Assembly (NCBI GenBank): GCA_964035545.1
Contig: OZ037772.1
Span: 682,001-746,000, forward strand
Direction of reading: 5' to 3'
Length of the DNA stretch: 64,000 bases
From: Bugula neritina
Taxonomy: Eukaryota; Animalia; Bryozoa
Positions 1-15,217 of the stretch are shown here, piece after piece. Numbering within the stretch: position 1 is the first letter of the stretch; each line of letters starts with the position of its first letter. The notes under the pieces are model-generated. The model was given only the letters and a program-made list of their open reading frames with translations. It had not been told where the DNA came from and did no database searches. The translations under genes and the position numbers were made by a program.

Positions 1-254
1 CCTCCCTTTTGACAATCGGAAATTTTTATGAGTGACAAAATGATAATATAGATTACAATGCAATATTTTTCCATTACATTTGAATACAATATAGTTATTT
101 CTGATAATTATATTATGCATGTGTAAAACACAGAGCAGTTCAATTAATGATATTATGGCTGCAGCTGATGACATTGTACCAGCTTGCTTTCAAACCTCCC
201 ACCCCAACCCTTAAACCCCAACCCCAAAATTGAAATTAAAAACACATTCATGTA

Positions 255-447
255 GAAGTAGACTGAGATGGCAGAACTGGTTAAATGGATAAGCTAAGAT
301 GAAGGCTTATAGATATACATGTACATGTAACTTGCAAGGGCTCAAAGTCTTCAACAAACTGCTTGAAATTTTTGAAATCAAAATCTCAGCTCTCCCTAAA
401 AAGCCCAAATTCCCTCTTAGAAGAATCCCCCAGGTTGGGAACCACTG
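255..447 (-). mobile_element. hAT (Charlie/Buster-like) terminal fragment, copy 1
   Basis: Ends in GGTTGGGAACCACTG (reverse complement CAGTGGTTCCCAACC, a typical hAT-Charlie TIR); the subterminal sequence is similar to 3770-3903 and 56640-56833. Confidence 0.55.
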
Positions 448-1643
448 TGTTGAATTGACTTGTGTTTACCATCTTCTTTCCTGTGATTAAAAACATGTAT
501 GATGTTGTCATGACAACACAGTTGCTGTAGCACAAAGTACAGTTTACTAGTATGTAGTGATTGTGTAGTGAGAGTGGAGTGTCTGGTTATTGTCCATGGT
601 TATGTGTAATCTGTAAGGAGTAGAATTATATTATTTTAATATAATGTTGAGAGAGGTACTTTTATAATGGCAGTTTGCTAAATAGCTTTAGTTCTAATGC
701 CATAGACTCATAGCTCTGGAGTCTAGCAGCTGCTACTATTACCACTAGCTGTTCAAAGTTCTGCCAACATCCGGGCTGCCAAAGTGTAATAGCCATTGGC
801 AAGGCCAAGCAGTCACTGGGAAATTATTTGACTAAAGAGCAGGTCTTATGACAATTAGTAGTCAGTCCCTTAGACAGGAAACAGTGATTCTGTGACCTAT
901 TTACTTAAATCCAGAGCTGAACTTTTGATTGATTGTTAGATGGCCACCACAATTTTAGTTGATACAATATAATAATATGGGGTGTCAATCAGTGTGTAAT
1001 ATAATCTGTGAATTGAGTGTCTCCTTTAGCTTTGATGAGTTGATTATTTCTTCTACCATCAGTCAGTTGTATTGAGTGTTACTTGGTACTGAGTGATGAA
1101 TAGTGTTGAGGATTTGGGCCTATATTATGCCAACCCCCCCCCTCTGACTTAGACTGAGACCCAGCCTGCTGCACATACATAGTAGTACTACACTGAAGAT
1201 AGTTAACATGTGTATGTGTCGCCCTACTGGTAATGGATTACCAACTAGAGATAGATAAAGAGATAGACAACACTCATACGTGACACGCACTCACAGTGCA
1301 CTAGCTCTTGACACATTGCCAAGGATAATGAAATGACAGTTTCGGCCACTCCTAGCAGTTAGAGTGGCAGGAATAGTTGTAGTATGTTGTAGTATTGGCT
1401 CCTCAGAATTCACTCCTCAGTAATTAGTTGCATTGCACAAACTTGCAACAATAGTGAATAATTATTGACAATATGGCCTCCACTCAGTAGTTGACTAGTA
1501 ATTTGTCTTGTCATGAGTGATTATTTTCCAGCATATTAGGTACATAATATAGTCAAGTGTGTTTATGTGGTAGCCTGTGGTCTATATAATGATTGTGTGT
1601 TGGTGAGTGATGAGTATTTATTTGAGTATTTGTCAAGGACATA

Positions 1644-2366
1644 CACTGCCTTTCCATGAAGGCGAATGAATGCGTACGGATGCCCGTACGGATTACATCG
1701 AAGGAAAAACCACACATTCCTATGCAACCCGTATGAAGTTATCTTCTCTTTGCAATTGTGACTGCTGAACTAAAATGATAATTAATATGGCCAACTTTGA
1801 GTTTGAGTTCATGCACGATGGCAATTTTTTAACTCTGTCCCCACTTTTGATAGATTAAATCAATCAAATACACAAACTTTGAGTCAGTTCATTTAAAATA
1901 AAAAAGCATAAACCGATGAAAGCATAAAGTATTTCTCGGTCGATAAACTTAAGCTTTAAAATAATTTAAATTTTCAAAATGAAAATAGCTGTCAACTTAT
2001 TTTTAGCTTGGGAAAGCTTTGGCTTACGAAAAATTTTACAAATTTAAGATGATTAGTAACTATTCTAAATAATAGCAGCTATAATAAATAAAATAATTTA
2101 AATTTTTAAAAGCTGAAGTACACTTTAGCGTAGGTTGTAACTTATAATTCTTGTCTACATCGCGTAGCCGCCACAAATGCTGATCTCTGCCTCCGGCACA
2201 AAAGGTTTCATTCGATTTAACCGAAGGAACCATTACCATCATGAGCATAATGCGAAGGAAATTTTTCATCGGTGTAACTTCCGGCTGCGGTTTTGCTTCG
2301 ATGCAACTGTTTCCATAGGGCGAATGAGAAAATCCATTCGCATAATGCGATAATGGAAACGCAGTG
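1644..2366. mobile_element. Non-autonomous TIR element with CACTG...CAGTG termini (CACTA/CMC-like)
   Basis: TIR CACTGCCTTTCCAT / ATGGAAACGCAGTG with one mismatch; 3-bp TSD ATA at 1641-1643 and 2367-2369; no coding capacity. Confidence 0.75.
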
Positions 2367-2456
2367 ATAGCTGTGTGTGTGGATGGAGTATTTCATTACT
2401 TGAGATATACTAAACACAGCTAACACATGTAACATACTGATTGCTATATATTGTAG

Positions 2457-5400
2457 GAAAGATCACTATGACATCACAGATCCCACAACACTACCAGTAG
2501 CTCAGCATGGAGACCCGTTGGAATACAAGTCTCCACCCAAACCTGCACCCATTCCCTGCGATGTGTGTAAAGGTGAAACACAAGCTGCTGTGTTTTGTCT
2601 TGAGAGTCAAAAAAAATTATGTCAGCAGCATCAAGAAGTGAGTCTTTCTTATATAATTTCTCAAGATTAGTTACTAAACCAGTTCTGGTTTGTGTGTAGA
2701 ATATTATTGAAAAGAAATGTTGACTCTGTAGGACTTTTTATACTAAACACACAGTTTCACAGTGCAGTGAGTCAACTATGACAGACTTGTTGGTGAACAT
2801 ACAACCAACTAAATTGTTGACCTTTATTATACAGAATCACAGAGAGCTGATAGGAGATAGACATCAGTTTATTGACATTGAGGTCTACAGAGCTTCTCCC
2901 CAAAGATATACTATAACTGAATGTGAACATCATAAACAGGAACAGCTGACAGAAGTGTGTTCCAAGTGTCACCAGATATTCTGTATGAGATGTGATATGA
3001 GGACTGGCTGTAAGGATAAGACAGGTATTTACTTGCTGTTTCTATTTCTGTAGAAAGAAACTGAGAAATATTACAAGAACCTGTTATTTATTATTTTATT
3101 ATTAAAGTGAGTTATGTAACAGTAAAAGAGGAAGTAAGTTTGTCAACATTTAGGTTTGTGTGAGACAGAAGTGGATAGTGCAGGAGTTTATATTCTCACT
3201 GTTATGTTGAATATTTAGTATATTTCATCCTTCAAGTGTCTGTTTCCTTGATAAGATGGTATAGGCATAGCTTTAACTCAGTAGTGTCGCACCTTCTTCA
3301 TACCATCCCTTTTTTTATAAATGTTTTCTATTAAGTTTCTCCCTTTTGATAAAATTGTAAGTTCTATTTATATTTATAAAGAAAATCTGGGACAGGTTGT
3401 TTTCCTAATAATTAATTGAGTGTAGGAAAAGGCCAGTGTGTTTGACATGAATTAGTGTCTGCCACAACTTCAGTTCAGCTTTAAAAACATTGATGCTGGT
3501 ATTAAAAGCAGTGAGTTGATGATTATACTCATTCATTTAAGGTTCATGTGTTTTAGTACAGCAAATATATCTACTAGGTATGAAGTAAATAGTTTATGGA
3601 GATCAGTTTGACTGACTGCAAAAAACTTGCTGTTGGTTTTTACTTTCAAGAAGCTTTTTAACCTCCATTCGTAGTAGAAAGGGTAGCAGCTAGGGTAGAA
3701 AAGGAAAAGACACTTTGTGTTTGACATGGCCCAGTGTCTGCCACAACTTGAGTTTAGTTATAGTTATACATATACATGTAACCTGGAAAACAAGGCAAGA
3801 GCTCAAAGAGCTAGTAAACTGTGTGAAATTTTTAGAAATGAAACCCCCTAAAAAGCCTAAATTCCCTGCAAAGGGGAAATTCCACTAAGGCTGGGAGCCA
3901 CTGCTTTAACTTTTCCAATTATATTATTCCAAGTGCAGTGAATAATGAGTTAACCTGTGATATCTTTCTAGTCCAATGCTTTTATGAATCGTGTGATTTT
4001 ATGTATACAGAGGAGACAGTAGCATCCCATGACTTGGCATCTTTGAGTGATTTGTCTTGTGAGTTACGAGAAAGTCTGACTGGTGGAATAGAGACTCTGT
4101 CTGAGAAAGTTGCAGAGTTGAATGACATCTCAAAGGATGCCTGGAAAGAACTGAATAAAATAGAAGATGAAGTGAAGAAGATGGTTGCCAGAGTAAACGC
4201 TGCAGCTGACACTCAGGTATGCTGACATGGTGATGTCATCTAATGTATTTCTGGTTGGCTGAAATTAGGTTTTGCATTTGGTTTTTGAGTTGTAAATAGA
4301 AATGAATTTCATTTGCCACTAGAATTAACTGACCATTAAAGCATTATTATTCTGTGAACAAGTAGCAGTAGTCATTCATCACATGTTACTCAGTGCAGAG
4401 GAACCTGTCAATACAGATGACTCACTCATCCTTCTGCAACTGTCAATCACTCGCACAGGGAAGTTGGCTGTCTGAGTGATTGACAGGTGTCAGAGGGAGG
4501 AGACTAGTCACGTGATGTACTAGCTCTCTGCTGTGTATAGAGTGTCACGTGACTGAGTCATTGTCCACTCAGTGGGTGATCTGTCACTTTCATTTCAAGT
4601 GCAGCGGTTGTGAGGTGCAGATGTGGTTACACTGTGTTACTATTTATTAGATAGAGGAGATTAGAAAGAGAGCTACAAACCTGAGGCTAGAAATATATGG
4701 ATATTTGAAGAGCTGCACACAGATAGTGGATAATTATAGAATAGAGCTGGCCTTGAGTAAGACAATGGGCAGACAGTCTCTGCTGGACACAGTACAACAT
4801 GCAGTTGATAAGTTCAATGATGCAGGGATTGTGAGAGACTACAAAGAGATGAGTGAGAAGATGGAAAAGGCTACAGATATTGGTGTAATAGAGAAGTGTG
4901 TACTTCCAGACAGCATCTTGGTACCAACATGTAGGTGGAGTCTATAAATAGTAACACTAACTATAAATAACTTTCTGCTTGTAATTAGTTGAATTGTTTT
5001 GATTGAATATTTGAATAGGAGAATAAGTAGATAGAGTTTATTTATTAGAGATTGAGTTTTGTTTTACTCTCATATTATGAGACATTTCTGCAGTGTTTCA
5101 GAGTTTATGATGTATAAGTGAGCTGCTAAACTGTGTTATGCTGACTACCTGCTGTCAGTATTAACAAGATATTCTCACTTAGACCTGTGCATCACGTAGC
5201 AACTTGTAGTAACTACAGACTGCTTGTATTTAAAACATCTTTTTATTTTAGGTTTGAAAATCTGTTCCCACCTCCTCAGGTGATGAGATTCTCAAGTTAT
5301 AGAATTGTTATTTTGTTGTTGCAGACAGTGAAGACAGTCTGGGACTGAAGCTGCTGCAGCCACCATCTTCTCTACAGTCTGATGGACTTCCTGTACGTGA

Positions 5401-7152
5401 CTGGTGTGCCACAATAAACATCTCAGCTGATGGACATCTGATGTGTCGGACACGAGGAGGTGTAGAAGTAATAAAAAGAGAAACTCTGGATACTATCAGC
5501 TCAGTGAAACAAACCAACACTACAAGGTGGTGGGAGATAATCCAACCTGAAGGGGTGATGGTTGGCAGCTGGTATAACAGAGAGGAGAAAACAGCTGAAG
5601 TCTCACTTCTTGATCCGAACTCCTTTGAGAAGACTCGCTCTCTCTACAAGCATTCAGTAGATAAACCCTTCACTTACTATAGAATAGCTCAGCACGACTC
5701 ACTGCTCTATATTGTAGACACGAGTGAGAAACAGCTGGTAGTCTGTAACCTAGTTGACAATAAAATACAGAAGTTCCCACTTCCTGAGATGGAGTTCCCT
5801 CACCCTGTATGCATCCTCCCAGACTCAACTCTCCTCATAGGAGACCGTACTGCAGATGGTAAAGTGAGAAGATATAAAGTGGAGAACACAACTCTCTCTC
5901 TAATGTGGGAGTTTCCTCACATCTCATATCCATCTGGTATTTCCTTTGATCCAACATCTGAACTGATTCACATCTGTACATGGGAAGGACCTCTCCTCAT
6001 CCTCTCACTTGAAGGTAAATACTCTGTTTATTATAGTAAGTTTAGTTATTTTATATATAATTATGTTGTAGTAAATAATATATTTTAATAATTAACAGTA
6101 AACAACTTCCACTCATGAGATATATTATGTTATTGTTAGTATTTATCAAGTCACTGATGTTATTTTTAGCTAAAAGTTATGTAATAAAGACTGTAACATG
6201 CTGATAGTAGATGCTATATTCTTCATCACATGACTTGTAGCTAATAATAATATTAGTGAATAATACTGTCTCCCTGCAATAAGTTTATTTCCAGCTGCAG
6301 TAACATGCAGGATGTAAGCACAGGTAAAAGTGTGTATTATATTGTATGGGTTTAAGGTGTACTCTGTGTAGTGTGCAGTGAGCTCTTAGTAAACTCGCTT
6401 TTTAGTCTTCCTTTCCAAGGGTTCACCTGGTAGAGTAGAGGATAGGGACTCCACACTGCTAAGTGAGTTGGTGCTGCAAGGGGTTCAAACCCACCTATCA
6501 GCGTGTCTAGTTAGTATACTATGCAAGTTTTTTACAGTAGTTTTAGAGGTGCTCAGTCTAACAACTGTACAGACTGCCAGCTACACATGAGTTATGAGTT
6601 GTAGTTTGACTTCAGTCTAGTGCTGCTGTTGTTTTGGTCATCAGATAATTTAAATATGAATAATTTGATACTTTTTGACTGCCATTACTGAGACTATTGT
6701 AATTTGATGATGGCTGGTAGAGCAGTGTTTGCTGGTTGAACTCAAGTGGCTGTGGTTGGTTCTTGTCAAGTATTTAATATGTGATAATGTTGGAGTAGCT
6801 GCAGTAGTAGTAATAGAAGTAGACATGTGGGTGTGTTCATGCTAAGAGCCACAGGCTAAGTTTGTGAGTCAAGGTCAATGCAGTTGTATAAGGAGACACT
6901 ATTTTTTATTTGAATATTTACTTCATACATATAACCTGCTTAGTTCCATCTTTAAAGGCAGTCTGTCTGTTTCTCTCAATACACACCAACTGATACAATA
7001 TGATGCTATTATTTACAGGTCAACTGGTGCTTACTGTTCCCAGAGAAAGTCTTGGTGTGAGTGGCAGGGTGGGGTACATTGCTGTGTATGACAGAGACAC
7101 AGTGTTTCTAGCATGTGAAGATGGTCTGAAGAGATACACAATAAAATACTAA
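2457..7152 (+). CDS. TRIM-like protein (B-box1, B-box2, coiled coil, NHL-like beta-propeller); 5' end not found in window
   Basis: Six phase-compatible GT-AG exons: 2457-2637 (CDVCKGETQAAVFCLESQKKLCQQH), 2835-3024 (CEHHKQEQLTEVCSKCHQIFCMRC), 4011-4216 and 4651-4930 (coiled coil), 5325-6014 (propeller blades YIVD, ILPDSTLLIGD, PSGISFDP), 7019-7152 (ends RYTIKY*). No stops or frameshifts. AATAAA at 7329-7334. The first exon begins in phase 2, so an upstream exon is required. Confidence 0.85.
3770..3903 (-). mobile_element. hAT terminal fragment, copy 2
   Basis: Similar to 315-447; ends in GGCTGGGAGCCACTG. Confidence 0.5.
4391..4533. repeat. Short palindromic MITE-like element in a TRIM intron
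   Basis: Core inverted repeat CTGTCAATCACTC ... GAGTGATTGACAG (about 4440-4487) with weaker outer arms. Confidence 0.45.
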
Positions 7153-7762
7153 ACTCATCAGCTACAGTTTACTAATAATCAGCTCAGTGAGGTACTGAGA
7201 GATAAACTAGATAATATTTGTCATCAACATAATTATTTCATCACAATTCATCAATACACACACTCTGTAATTATAGTTGGATATGAGATGTTTTACTGTA
7301 TCAAATATATGTTGCTATTTTACTATCTAATAAAGTTTATTTGCTAGCGAAAATATAGTCTGTTTTCATGCCTCATTAGCTTTAGTTCAAGTTGAGTTCA
7401 CTTACTAAAAAATAATCTTTACTGGAGCAGTAACTGTAAATGACTTGTCTGCGGGAGAATTTATTCACTGAATTGACATGCAGGTGCAAGTAACTCCAAC
7501 ATGACTAAGTAAATTTATTCCAACCATTCACAATAATATACATTCCATTGCTGTGCAAACAATAGCATTGAGTAGCCAATCAAATTGTTTCTTGTCTTGC
7601 ATTCAGGAATCTGATAAATAATATATAAGACAATCAGCTAGATATAAACACTGTATTACTCTACACATGAGCTGTCTGTGATGCAGCTGCTTTGTAAACT
7701 GTGTGTAATTTGATGAGTTTAGTTCAATTGGTTGCGGTTTAATTATGACATGTTCACCATCA

Positions 7763-8068
7763 TGTAATATTAGAGGACAACTCCTCTCCAGTGTGCAGTG
7801 GTAGTATACTATTAGTCAAAGGAAGTGCTCAGTATAATATAAATAGCTGACCACTCCTACACCAACACTCCTGAACACCAGGTAGACGACAAGAACTCTT
7901 GAACACCATTCAGGTTAAGGGACTCCAGGCACCTCTGATTACCATCCAAGGCAGACGTGTTCTGGATCACAGTCTTAACTCCTCACAGACTAAGACAGGA
8001 GCCGGAGTCATCCTCACAGCCAAGCAACCCATGCCAATATACCAACCCTAGCTGACCTGAATACTACA
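7763..8068 (+). mobile_element. Possible solo LTR
   Basis: 306 bp with TGTAATATT...AATACTACA inverted ends and an internal TATAAATA; no TSD found. Confidence 0.35.
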
Positions 8069-8734
8069 ACTTATATATAGTATTCGGAATAACTCCAAAG
8101 TAGCATATTTCTGTTAAAATAACATTAATAATAAACAGATTAATTATATATTTACTGATTCAATCACTATTTGAGTTTTCAAATTAAAATTCAATAAGAG
8201 ACATCAGCAAGTAATAATCATATGTTATGTAATAATACATGCCACAAAAAGGCATCACTCTAAAATTTAACAAAATGTATTAGCAGTTATCTATACTGAG
8301 ATTATAATGTAATACTAATGTTGCATAAAGTATTAAACTATCAACCCCCTCTCATATTATTATTTAACCTTTGACCTACAAACAATGATTAAATTATTTT
8401 CTTGTTGCTATACTGTCTTTTTTTTAGTTGGCTCACAGAAACAGTTTCAATCTAACAATGTAGTGTTGATACAAATCAGGGTATATAAGCTCAACAATAA
8501 AACATAAGAAATAATTATCCTCAATATCCTAAGGAATATTCCAGAGAACACTGCAGGCTGAGCTAAGATATTTTACAACTACATGCAGTTGACATATCTT
8601 CATGAATTGTGGACCATTTTGGTGTTTCTGTGTGCACAGACAAGTTGCAATGACTCCAACAGAAATTTTTTTAGTAGGTTTCAGTTCATCTTGAATATAT
8701 TACAGCTTGTTGTCTTTTGGTGGAATATTATTGA

Positions 8735-8830
8735 TGATACACTACCTTGTTTGGCCTCAATAGTGTTGATGGTACACTACCTTGTTTGGCCTCAACAGTA
8801 TTAATGGTACACTACCTTGTTTGGCCTCAT
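8735..8830. repeat. Tandem repeat, about 33 bp x3
   Basis: TACACTACCTTGTTTGGCCTCA occurs three times. Confidence 0.85.
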
Positions 8831-9698
8831 TAGCCTTGCTAATATAAAATTAAGAGCACAACTTGCAAGATTTAACTAATTTAACTTGGTTCATATTATG
8901 ATGTTGATATGTTGACATTTATAACCTCTGATATATTTCTATGTTTATAACCTATCAATATGCTCTGATCTACAGTCTTTATTGTCATTCAAGGTGTTGC
9001 TCACTGCTGGTCAACCCCATTAACCCCCAACTTACTGTCTACATAAAAAACTGTCTACTCTCCCTCCATGGTACATAGCTCATACAATGTGTATAATTAT
9101 TTGCTTTTGCACATTCATTACATAAAATACCAGCCATTGTGTTAAAAGTAGAGTTTTGTTGTATAGTCTCACATATTGGAACATGGCCTTAAGATTTGTA
9201 GTTTCTGAGGCTTTTATTAAGCTAATGCTGGAGAAAATTGCTAAGAATTTACTGCAGTGAATCTTTGTATAAACATTACTTATGAAATGCATATCTGTGG
9301 AATACTTGATCTACTCTGTATCATGTAAACTAACTTACACACAAGTTACATACAGCTACTACTTGATAAGGAAGTAATAGTAACAGAGTTATTGACATGA
9401 AAAAGTAAATAATATTTAAATTGTGATGACTAAGTAAGTGGATGAGTCATAAACCAGTCAAAAAATAATTTCTACAAACAAACTTTATTGAGTAAATGTG
9501 ACTACAGAGTCTTGACAGCATAGCAGAGTAAATATGTTACATAATCATTACTAATCAACATCAAATACTGCATATAAACAGTGCAAGTTCTGTGGAATAT
9601 ATAGTATTATACTGTGAGTAGAACACAATATATTATATTTGACATGTACTATTGATGACCTCACTGAGCTGATTATTAGTAAACTGTAGCTGATAAGT

Positions 9699-9832
9699 TT
9701 AGTATTTTATTGTGTATCTCCTCAGACCACCTTCACATGCTAGAAACACTGTGTCTCTGTTATACACAGCAATGTCCCACACCAAGTCACTAACACCAAG
9801 ACTTTCTCTGGGAATTGTTACCATCAGTTCAC
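9699..9832 (-). pseudogene. Orphan terminal exon of a paralogous TRIM-like gene (inverted duplicate of 7019-7152)
   Basis: 134-nt exon with AG acceptor at 9833-9834, encoding GELMVTIPRESLGVSDLVWDIAVYNRDTVFLACEGGLRRYTIKY*. Flanking homology is roughly 9650-10450 versus 6680-7200. Minus-strand AATAAA at 9484-9489. No upstream TRIM exons on this strand. Confidence 0.85.
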
Positions 9833-10454
9833 CTTTAAAAAATATAATGTCAGATTGAATCAGTTTGAGACAAACAGACAGACTACAGTGATATCACAAC
9901 AGCTGACACAACTACATGCAAGTTTTTAGTTTCCAGTATAATATAGTAACTAAAATATATTCGATAATAATACAATAAATTTCAAATATATTTCTCACTC
10001 AGAAAGACTTCCTTTAAAGATGCAAGTAAACAGTCTATGTTGAAGATAATAAAGTTCTACCAGTCAGTATTGAATAATTCACTGGGCTGCTCTACTGTTT
10101 ACTTCCTAATAAATGACAACATGGAGAGACTCAACATAGGAATTTACCCCCTCAGCAAATATGATTATACAGGAGAGAAGATATATAATATAAGTATTAC
10201 ATACATGAAGTAAATATTCTAACAGAAAATAGTGTCTCATTATACAACTGTATTGACCTTGACCCACAAACTTAGCCTGTGACTCTTATATAGAACACAC
10301 CCACATGTCTACTTCTAATAATACTGCTACTGCAGCTACTCCAACACTATCACATATTAAATACTTGACAAGAAAAAACCACAGCCACCTGAGTTCAACC
10401 AGCAAACACTGCTCTACCAGCCATCATCAAATTACACTAGTCTCAGCAATAACT

Positions 10455-13400
10455 ACATAACATAAGATATAGCACACAATATAAGATATATTACATAATA
10501 TAAGATATATTACATAATATAAGATATATTATTGCATAATATAAGATAGATTACATAATATAAGATATATTACATGATATAATATATATTACATGATATA
10601 AGATATATTACATAATATAAGATATATTACATAATATAAGATATATTACATAATATAAGATATATTACATAATATAAGATATATTACATAATATAAGATA
10701 TATTACATGATATAAGATATAGTACATGATATAAGATATATTACATGGTATAAGATATATCACATGATATAATATATATTACATAATATAAGATAGATTA
10801 CATAATATAAGATATATTACATGATATAATATATATTACATAGTATAAGATATATTACATAATATAAGATATATTACATAATATAATATATATTATTACA
10901 TAATATAAGATAGATTACATAATATAAGATATATTACATGATATAATATATATTACATGATATAAGATATATTACATAATATAAGATATATTACATAATA
11001 TAAGATATATTACATGATATAAGATATATTACATAATATAAGATATATTACATAATATAAAATATATTACATGATATAAAATATATTACATGATATATGA
11101 TATATTACATGATATAAGATATATTACATGATATAAGATATATTACATGATATAAGATATATTACATGATACAAGATACATTACATAATATAAGATATAT
11201 TACATGATATAAGATATATCACATAATATAAGATATATTACATAATATAAGATATATTATTACATAATATAAGATAGATTACATAATATAAGATATATTA
11301 CATAATATAAGATATATTACATGATATAAGATATATTACATAATATAAGATATATTACATAATATAAGATATATTACATGATATAAGATATATCACATAA
11401 TATAAGATATATTACATAATATAAGATATATTATTACATAATATAAGATAGATTACATAATATAAGATATATTACATAATATAAGATATATTACATGATA
11501 TAAGATATATTACATAATATAAGATATATTACATAATATAAGATATATTACATGATATAAGATATAGTACATGATATAAGATATATTACATGATATAAGA
11601 TATATCACATGATATAACATATATTACACAATATAAGATATATTACATAGTATAAGATATATTACATGATATAAGATATATTACATAATATAAGATATAT
11701 TACATAATATAATATATATTATTACATAATATAAGATAGATTACATAATATAAGATATATTACATGATATAATATATATTACATGATATAAGATATATTA
11801 CATAATATAGGATATATTACATGATATGAGATATATTACATGATATAAGATATATTACATAATATAAGATATATTACATAATATAAGATATATTACATGA
11901 TATAAGATATATTACATGATATAAGATATATCACATAACATAAGATATATTACATGATATAAGATATATTACATAATATAAGATATATTACATGATATAA
12001 GATATATTACATGATATAAGATATATCACATAATATAAGATATATTACATAATATAAGATATATTATTACATAATATAAGATAGATTGCATAATATAAGA
12101 TATATTACATAATATAAGACATATTACATGATATATGATATATTACATGATATAAGATATATTACATAATATAAGATATATTACATGATATCAGATATAT
12201 TACATGATATAAGATATATTACATAATATAAGATATATTACATGATATAATATATATTACATGATATAAGATATATTACATAATATAGGATATATTACAT
12301 GATATGAGATATATTACATGATATAAGATATATTACATAATATAAGATATATTACATGATATAAGATATATCACATAATATAAGATATATTACATGATAT
12401 AAGATATATCACATAACATAAGATATATTACATGATATAAGATATATTACATAATATAAGATATATTACATGATATAAGATATATTACATGATATAAGAT
12501 ATATCACATAATATAAGATATATTACATAATATAAGATATATTATTACATAATATAAGATAGATTGCATAATATAAGATATATTACATAATATAAGACAT
12601 ATTACATGATATATGATATATTACATGATATAAGATATATTACATAATATAAGATATATTACATGATATAAGATATATTACATGATATAAGATATATTAC
12701 ATAATATAAGATATATTACATGATATCAGATATATTACATGATATAAGATATATTACATGATATAAGATATATTACATAATATAAGATATATTACATAAT
12801 ATAAGATATATTACATGATATAAGATATATTACATAATATAAGATATATTACATGATATAAGATATATTACATGATATAAGATATATTACATGATATAAG
12901 ATATATTACATAATATAAGATAGATTACATAATATAAGATATATTACATAATATAAGATATATTACATGATATAAGATATATTACATAATATAAGATATA
13001 TCACATGATATAAGATATATTACATGATATAAGATATATCACATGATATAAGATATATCACATAATATAGGATATATTACATAATATAAGATATATTACA
13101 TAATATGAGATATATTACATAATACAAGATATATTGCATAATATAAGCTATATTACATGATATCAGATATATTACATGATATAAGATATATTACATAATA
13201 TAATATATATTACATAATATAAGATATGTCACATAATATAAGATATATTACATGATATAAGATATATTACATAATATAAGATATATTACATAATATAAGA
13301 TATATTACATGATATAAGATATATTACATGATATCAGATATATTACATAATATAAGATATATTACATGATATAAGATATATTACATAATATAAGATATAT

Positions 13401-13937
13401 TACATAATATAAGATATATTACATGATATAAGATATATTACATAATATAAGATATATCACATAATATAAGATATATCACATGATATAAGATATATCACAT
13501 AATATAAGATATATTACATAATATAAGATATATTACATGATATAAGATATATTACATAATATAGGATATATTACATAATATAAGATATATTACATAATAT
13601 AAGATATATTACATAATATAAGATATATTACATAATATAAGATATATTACATGATATAAGATATATTACATAATATAAGATATATTACATGATATAAGAT
13701 ATATTACATAATATAGGATATATTACATAATATAAGATATATCACATAATATAAGATATATCACATGATATAAGATATATTACATAATATAAGATATATT
13801 ACATAATATAAGATATATTACATGATATAAGATATATTACATAATATAGGATATATTACATAATATAAGATATATTACATAATATAAGATATATTACATA
13901 ATATAAGATATATTACATAATATAAGATATATTACAT
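10455..13937. repeat. 19-bp minisatellite ACAT(A/G)ATATAAGATATATT, about 180 copies
   Basis: Directly visible tandem array with recurring variant units. Confidence 0.97.
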
Positions 13938-14110
13938 TACAATACATTACACAATGTTCAGAGTTGTCTTCTCTGACAAACTGAAACTGGGTTAATTTAC
14001 TCAAAGGAAATGTCTAGTCCGTGAACAAAAGAAAGTAAATTATCAATAAGTAGTTAGAGAAATGTAGCTCGCTGCTTTACTATAAAGGAGAAGAGAAAGT
14101 TGGAGGTGTG

Positions 14111-15045
14111 TACATACTCAATATATACTCAATATCTACTCAATATATACTCAATACATACTCAATACATACTCGATATATACTCAGTATATACTTAATA
14201 TATACTCAATACGTACTCAATTTAAACTCAATACATACTCAATATATACTCAATACATACTCAATATATACTCAATATATACTCAATACATACTCAGTAT
14301 ATACTCAGTATATACTTAATATATACTCAATATATATTCAATACATACTCAATACATACTCAATACATACTCAATACATACTCAATATATACTCAATACA
14401 TACTCAATATATACTCAATATATACTCAATATATACTCAGTATATACTTAATATATACTCAATATATACTCAATACATACTCAATACATACTCAATATAT
14501 ACTTAATATATACTCAATACATACTCAATATATACTCAATATATACTCAATATATACTCAATACATACTCAATATATACTCAATACGTACTCAATATATA
14601 CTCAATACATACTCAATATATACTCAATACATACTCAATACATACTCAATATATACTCAATATATACTCAGTATATACTTAATATATACTCAATATATAC
14701 TCAATACATACTCAATACATACTCAATATATACTTAATATATACTCAATACATACTCAATATATACTCAATATATACTCAATATATACTCAATATATACT
14801 CAATACATACTCAATATATACTCAATACGTACTCAATATATACTCAATACATACTCAATATATACTCAATACATACTCAATACATACTCAATATATACTC
14901 AATACATACTCAGTATATACTCAATATATACTCAATACATACTCAATATATACTCAATACATACTCAATACATACCCAATACATACTCAATACATACTCA
15001 ATATAATATACTCAATATATACTCAATACATACTCAACATATACT
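14111..15045. repeat. 11-bp minisatellite TACTCAATA(T/C)A
   Basis: Directly visible tandem array; it explains ORF 14108-14506. Confidence 0.97.
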
Positions 15046-15217
15046 TGAGCTGTCAGATGAAAGAGATTTACCCTGGCTAAGACTGATGACATCTGGATGT
15101 ACGTTAAACTTCATTGCTGCCTTTGACAGCGCTTCATGATAGGATCTGCCAGTTACCCAGTAGTTGTTGTCACTAAACTATGTAAAATATATAGAGGTCA
15201 AGAGGTCACTGGACTAT

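Noticed and set aside
990-1145. C-run plus adjacent sequence as a PPT and LTR
   Set aside because: No second LTR, TSD or coding remnant found.
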